Made by a program: the position numbers and the translations under genes. From the human T2T-CHM13v2.0 reference genome, Homo sapiens: DNA of 64,000 nt. Positions 59,857-64,000 of this stretch are shown piece after piece (the first letter of the stretch is position 1; the number at the start of each line of letters is the position of its first letter). Under the pieces are notes generated by a model. The model did not search any database. It saw only the letters and a program-made list of their open reading frames with translations, and was not told where the DNA came from. The stretch lies in the NCBI RefSeq assembly GCF_009914755.1, contig NC_060929.1, one strand, 5' to 3'.

Positions 59857-60307
59857 TGTAAAGGTCTGAGAGTTTTCCCCTCCTTGCAGACCAATAAATT
59901 AGCTTGCTACAATTTCATGGATGCTAGTGGGAGACAGGATAACCCAGTGTAAGAAACAAAGGACTTTGTTATTTACAGCAATAGCAGTCATCAGAACATC
60001 AGCATTAGTACCAATTCCTTATGCCCTAATTTCCACCAGGTAATAAGAAGAGAGCCAGGTGACACCAGCATGCACAGTAGCTGTGTTACAGGAGAGGATA
60101 ATGAGCTTAGGGCACCCAAATCTTTTATAATGGACAGTAAGCACACCTGCTCTTTGCTCTGCAGGGAGACATTATCTCAATCTTCCAAGGCTGTTTGCTA
60201 TTACAAATTACAAATATTTAAGAAAAGATAGTTTGGAACAAAGTCAATGCCTCTAATTACAAGATATAGAGAAACACAAGAGAATCATGGAGCACTGTGA
60301 TCCAATA
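59857..60307 (-). mobile_element. LTR40-like ERVL LTR
   Basis: tgtaaaggtctgagagttttcccctccttgca ... tttcatggatgct ... acaaaggacttt. Confidence 0.55.
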
Positions 60308-60686
60308 ATCTAAATTTGTATCTATAGCGGCCTTCAGATTTTATAATAGTTATATCATTTCAAAAGTTCATCTGAGCCAAGTGCTAAAATATTTTCAGTA
60401 TTATCTTAAAGGGTGGAGGAAATAATAGTTACATCACCTCATAGGGATTTCTAAAGGCAATTTAAAATCTTAACGTTTAAAAAATTATTACTCAGCTATT
60501 TAAAAAATTCTGATATGCAGAAGGACTGATTTATGGTATGGGCCAGGTAAGTGATAACTTACTCTACAGTCATCTTCTAACTAATTTGGTAACTTGACAT
60601 TTTCTTTGGTGGATGCATAAACTATATCATGTTCTATAAAATTTTATTACTACAGTCCAAAATGTTTTAAAATTATCCCAGAATTT

Positions 60687-61004
60687 GGCTAGGCACAGTG
60701 TACAGTTAGCTGTAATCCCAACATTTCTGGAGGCCGAGGCAGGTGGATCACCTGAGGTCAGGGGTTCGAGATCAGCTTGGCCAACATGGTGAAACCCCAT
60801 CTCTGTTAAAAATACAAAAATTAGCCTGGTGTGGTGGCACACGCCTGTAGTTCCAACTACTCAGGAGGCTGAGGATAGAGAATCGCTTGAACCTGGGAGG
60901 TGGAGGTTGCAGCGAGAAAAGAGCGCCACTGCACTGCAGCCTGGACAACAGAGTGAGACTCTATCTCAAATAACAGTAATAATAAATAAATAAATAAATA
61001 ATCA
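60687..61004 (+). mobile_element. AluS (Sx/Sz-like)
   Basis: Dimeric Alu, (AAAT)n tail; TSD atcccagaattt (60675-60686, 61005-61016). Confidence 0.94.
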
Positions 61005-61470
61005 ATCCCAGAATTTAATAGTACACATTTTACAGAAGAAACTTAAACACTTTAAGGACATTTTAAAATGTATTGATTTAACAAGTATTATAGTTGATAT
61101 TTAACATCTAGAAGTAGAGCTCACTAAGTAGTTTTCTCGCAGCATTATAAATGGAACAGTGTTTCTAAAAATTATGACTTTTTTAAAAAGAATTCTTTTA
61201 CAAGATAAATGTTTACAAGGATGTAAACTATGTAACATTTAGTTAAATATTTAACAAGCTGCTTCTATTAGAAACAGTAAGGTGTAAAATTGGGAATCTT
61301 TGAGAAAATCTAGATCATCTTTAAATGTCTGATATGGGACAGTTAGCAGAATTCTCTAATATGAAACCTTTTTAACCCTAGAAACTCAAAGTATGAAATC
61401 CAGTCAGAACTGATCTGATGTTGCTTTAATATAGGCCTGAGCTGGAGAGCTCTGGAGAAAGCAAGATTAC

Positions 61471-61514
61471 TTTGGGGACAATATGGAATCCCTTTAGGGA
61501 CAATATGGAATCTC
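61471..61514. repeat. 22-bp tandem duplication
   Basis: tttggggacaatatggaatccc / tttagggacaatatggaatctc. Confidence 0.85.
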
Positions 61515-62384
61515 TTGTGTCCAACTAAGTATGGTCTAGTAGCTTTGAGTTTCTAGCCTACTGAACAAAAGCTGCAGCTAAGATCTGATGTTCCACTACA
61601 TAATTTTACTGAGTAATTTTAACATAACTTTATAACATATAGGAAGGAAGAATATAAACTAAAAAAGTCTTGCATGATTAGTTGCTCTTCACTACTTAGT
61701 GTTTCTATTTAGATTTGTTCAGTCTCTTTACTATAGTTTGGGTTAAACTATAAGTCATTTTAGCTGAGGACTAAGTATGGACTAGGTTCATGTGGACTAT
61801 TTTTATATATTCATATACTAACTCATTTAGACATCCTTAAGTGTTTTGATAAAATCATATTTTAACTGTTCTATTAAAATATCTATTATATGCTTTCCAA
61901 GGCAAATATAGAATATAGAAAAAGTCCGCATAAATAAATTTCATTTCATTTCATTTATCACATGCCAACATTTAACCAAATAAATTTTATAGAGATGCTG
62001 GAACATCTGCTAGTCTCTGATAGGGTGTTCTAGGTGAGGTGAGGACCAGCAGTTTGAAGGAAGTTTGGAGAAAAGGATTACTTTATGTCTGGTAAGATAA
62101 TGTTCTTTACTAATAAAACTTTCCCACCTATTGACTTTTAGGACGCCTGAAGGAAAAAGAAAATAGGAATCATTTAAATGTTAAACACATTGTTAAACAC
62201 ATTTTTTTTGACAACCCAAACTCATTAGATTTATCATATTCATCTGTCTGCTGTGATTTTTTTTTCCCTAGGTGTGTTCTCACAGACTTCTTTGAAAAAA
62301 AGAAAGAAAACGGGCTGAGTTATATGTGAACTAAATTTACCTATCATTATACATTTACAAGACAAATGGCAACACAGGAAATGG

Positions 62385-63300
62385 GCTTCTAAGCAATTTG
62401 GAAATTATATATAACCTGAAAGTCACAAAGAAGATTAAAATTTATGTACAAAAAGTTATAAACAAAATATAAAAATTAACCACAAAATGGGAAAAATATT
62501 TGCAACACATAATAGACAAAAACATTAATTTAATTTACAAGTTTTACAAATCACTAAAAAAATGCAACTTAGAAAAATAGGCAAAAGATATTAACAGGCA
62601 GTTGACAGAGAAAGAAAAGCAAATGAAATCATGCTAAACTTCACTCATAATTAAATAAATGCAAACTAAAATAAGTTATATTTTTCAACTATGAGAGCAG
62701 TAAAGATAAAATATTCTGACAACACACAATGTTGGCAAGTAGCAGTTCATAGAAATGTAAATTAAAACAACTTTTTAGAGGGCAATTTTGCCATACCCAT
62801 CAAAATTAAAAATGCTTGTACTGTCTCAACTGTAATTTTATAGCTAGGAATTTAAATGAATAAACTCTCAAAAATTGCAAGGTTCATTTTCCAGTGTACT
62901 CACTGATCCATTACTGGTAATAACAAAAAATGGAAAATAATCTAAATCTCCATCAGTCTGCCTGAATAAATTATTATATACCCAATCAATTCAATATTAT
63001 TTAGCATTGAGCAGAAAGAATCATACATCGTGTTAAAAAGTGAATAAAAAAACATGTGCATTATGATCCGTTTACTTATATGAAGAAATATATATAAATT
63101 TTTTCAGGAAACGAAACAATGAGGCAACTAAAACAGATCTTTAGGGAGAGGAATTAGTAGACTTCATTTTTCATTTTATATCTTTATGCCTGATTTAAAC
63201 TTTTATTTTGCCACATATATGTAAAAAATTTGTACATATATAACATATTTTAAATAATAGTTATTGTAGTACTATTAAATAATATTTTAGAGAAAAGAAA
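62385..63300 (+). mobile_element. L1ME ORF2-end/3' UTR fragment
   Basis: tgggaaaaatatttgcaacac, aaaaataggcaaaagatattaacaggcagttgacaga, aaataaatgcaaactaaaa. Confidence 0.75.
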
Positions 63301-63539
63301 CTACACAGATAATTGTTCACAGGCCCAGTCATTCAATATATATGGTATAGAATTCATCTCATCCACATTGAGATACCTTTTCAAAACAATGACTGCAAAA
63401 AAAGGGGTTTCCATTCTTTTTAGATGTTATTTTTAAATTCATTTCATAATAAAATCCAATACCATAGTATAACTCATTTTTTTCCCTTTCTCCAGAAACT
63501 TTAAGCAAATACTTGAAGTTATAGTAAAGGATCTTAAAA

Positions 63540-63960
63540 TAATACCATTCTTGGTTCAACCACTTGGGGAAACAGTGTGTCTTTATCTATTGAAGGTGAA
63601 GCTATACATACTCCATGAACCAGCAATACCGTACTAAATATACACCCTAGAGAGAAATCTACTCATATATTCACCATGGTATGTGTATACAAATGTTCAC
63701 AGCAGAGTGTTTATAATAGCAAAAAACAAAAGCTAACCTCAAAACTACTAAAATAGTAATTAACATTAGAATGGCTATATTAATTATGGTATATCTATAC
63801 AATGGTATATCTATACAAAGAATCATCCTTAGGCTTGCAGAACAAATTTTAAGGTTTGGGCATTTATAATTCAAAAATAAAGTACAAAGAGGCTGAATAT
63901 GGAACTGTGTCCAAACCATCATAATAAAAATTAGTACCAGTACAGAGAAGAGATTCTATA
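63540..63960 (+). mobile_element. Old L1M fragment
   Basis: caaccacttggggaaacagt ... ccagcaataccgtact ... aatgttcacagcag. Confidence 0.65.
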
Positions 63961-64000
63961 TTTAGATTAGAAGATGGAACTTCTAATTACTTCTTCATTA

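Noticed and set aside
57167-63817. Short tandem duplications (57167-57203, 61471-61514, 62179-62202, 63786-63817) as possible array or CRISPR-like repeats
   Set aside because: Two adjacent copies each, unrelated to one another, no spacers; ordinary slippage in eukaryotic DNA

Overview
AT-rich, CpG-poor primate (very likely human) genomic DNA, intronic or intergenic. It is dominated by interspersed repeats: 10 Alus plus 2 monomer fragments, a full-length decayed L1PA6-like element with TSDs (36757-42889), several truncated L1PA/L1M copies, MaLR/ERV solo LTRs (some nested), hAT-type MITEs, MIR/L2 and a CR1/L3 endonuclease remnant. I found no host protein-coding exon, RNA gene, CpG island or CRISPR array. 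The ORF track is mostly repeat-derived or short chance frames. I cannot support a genuinely new biological system. The best leads are: (i) an antisense L1 ORF0 frame open for 160 codons that reads out of the element into flanking DNA; (ii) an ~80-bp-arm inverted duplication at 45354-45673; (iii) two locally templated insertions interrupting MIRs; (iv) a minus-strand AG|GTAAG recursive-splice-like site, together with an L1 strand bias suggesting a minus-strand host transcript. Repeat subfamily names are from recalled consensus sequences, boundaries of old repeats are approximate, and all need RepeatMasker/Dfam confirmation.
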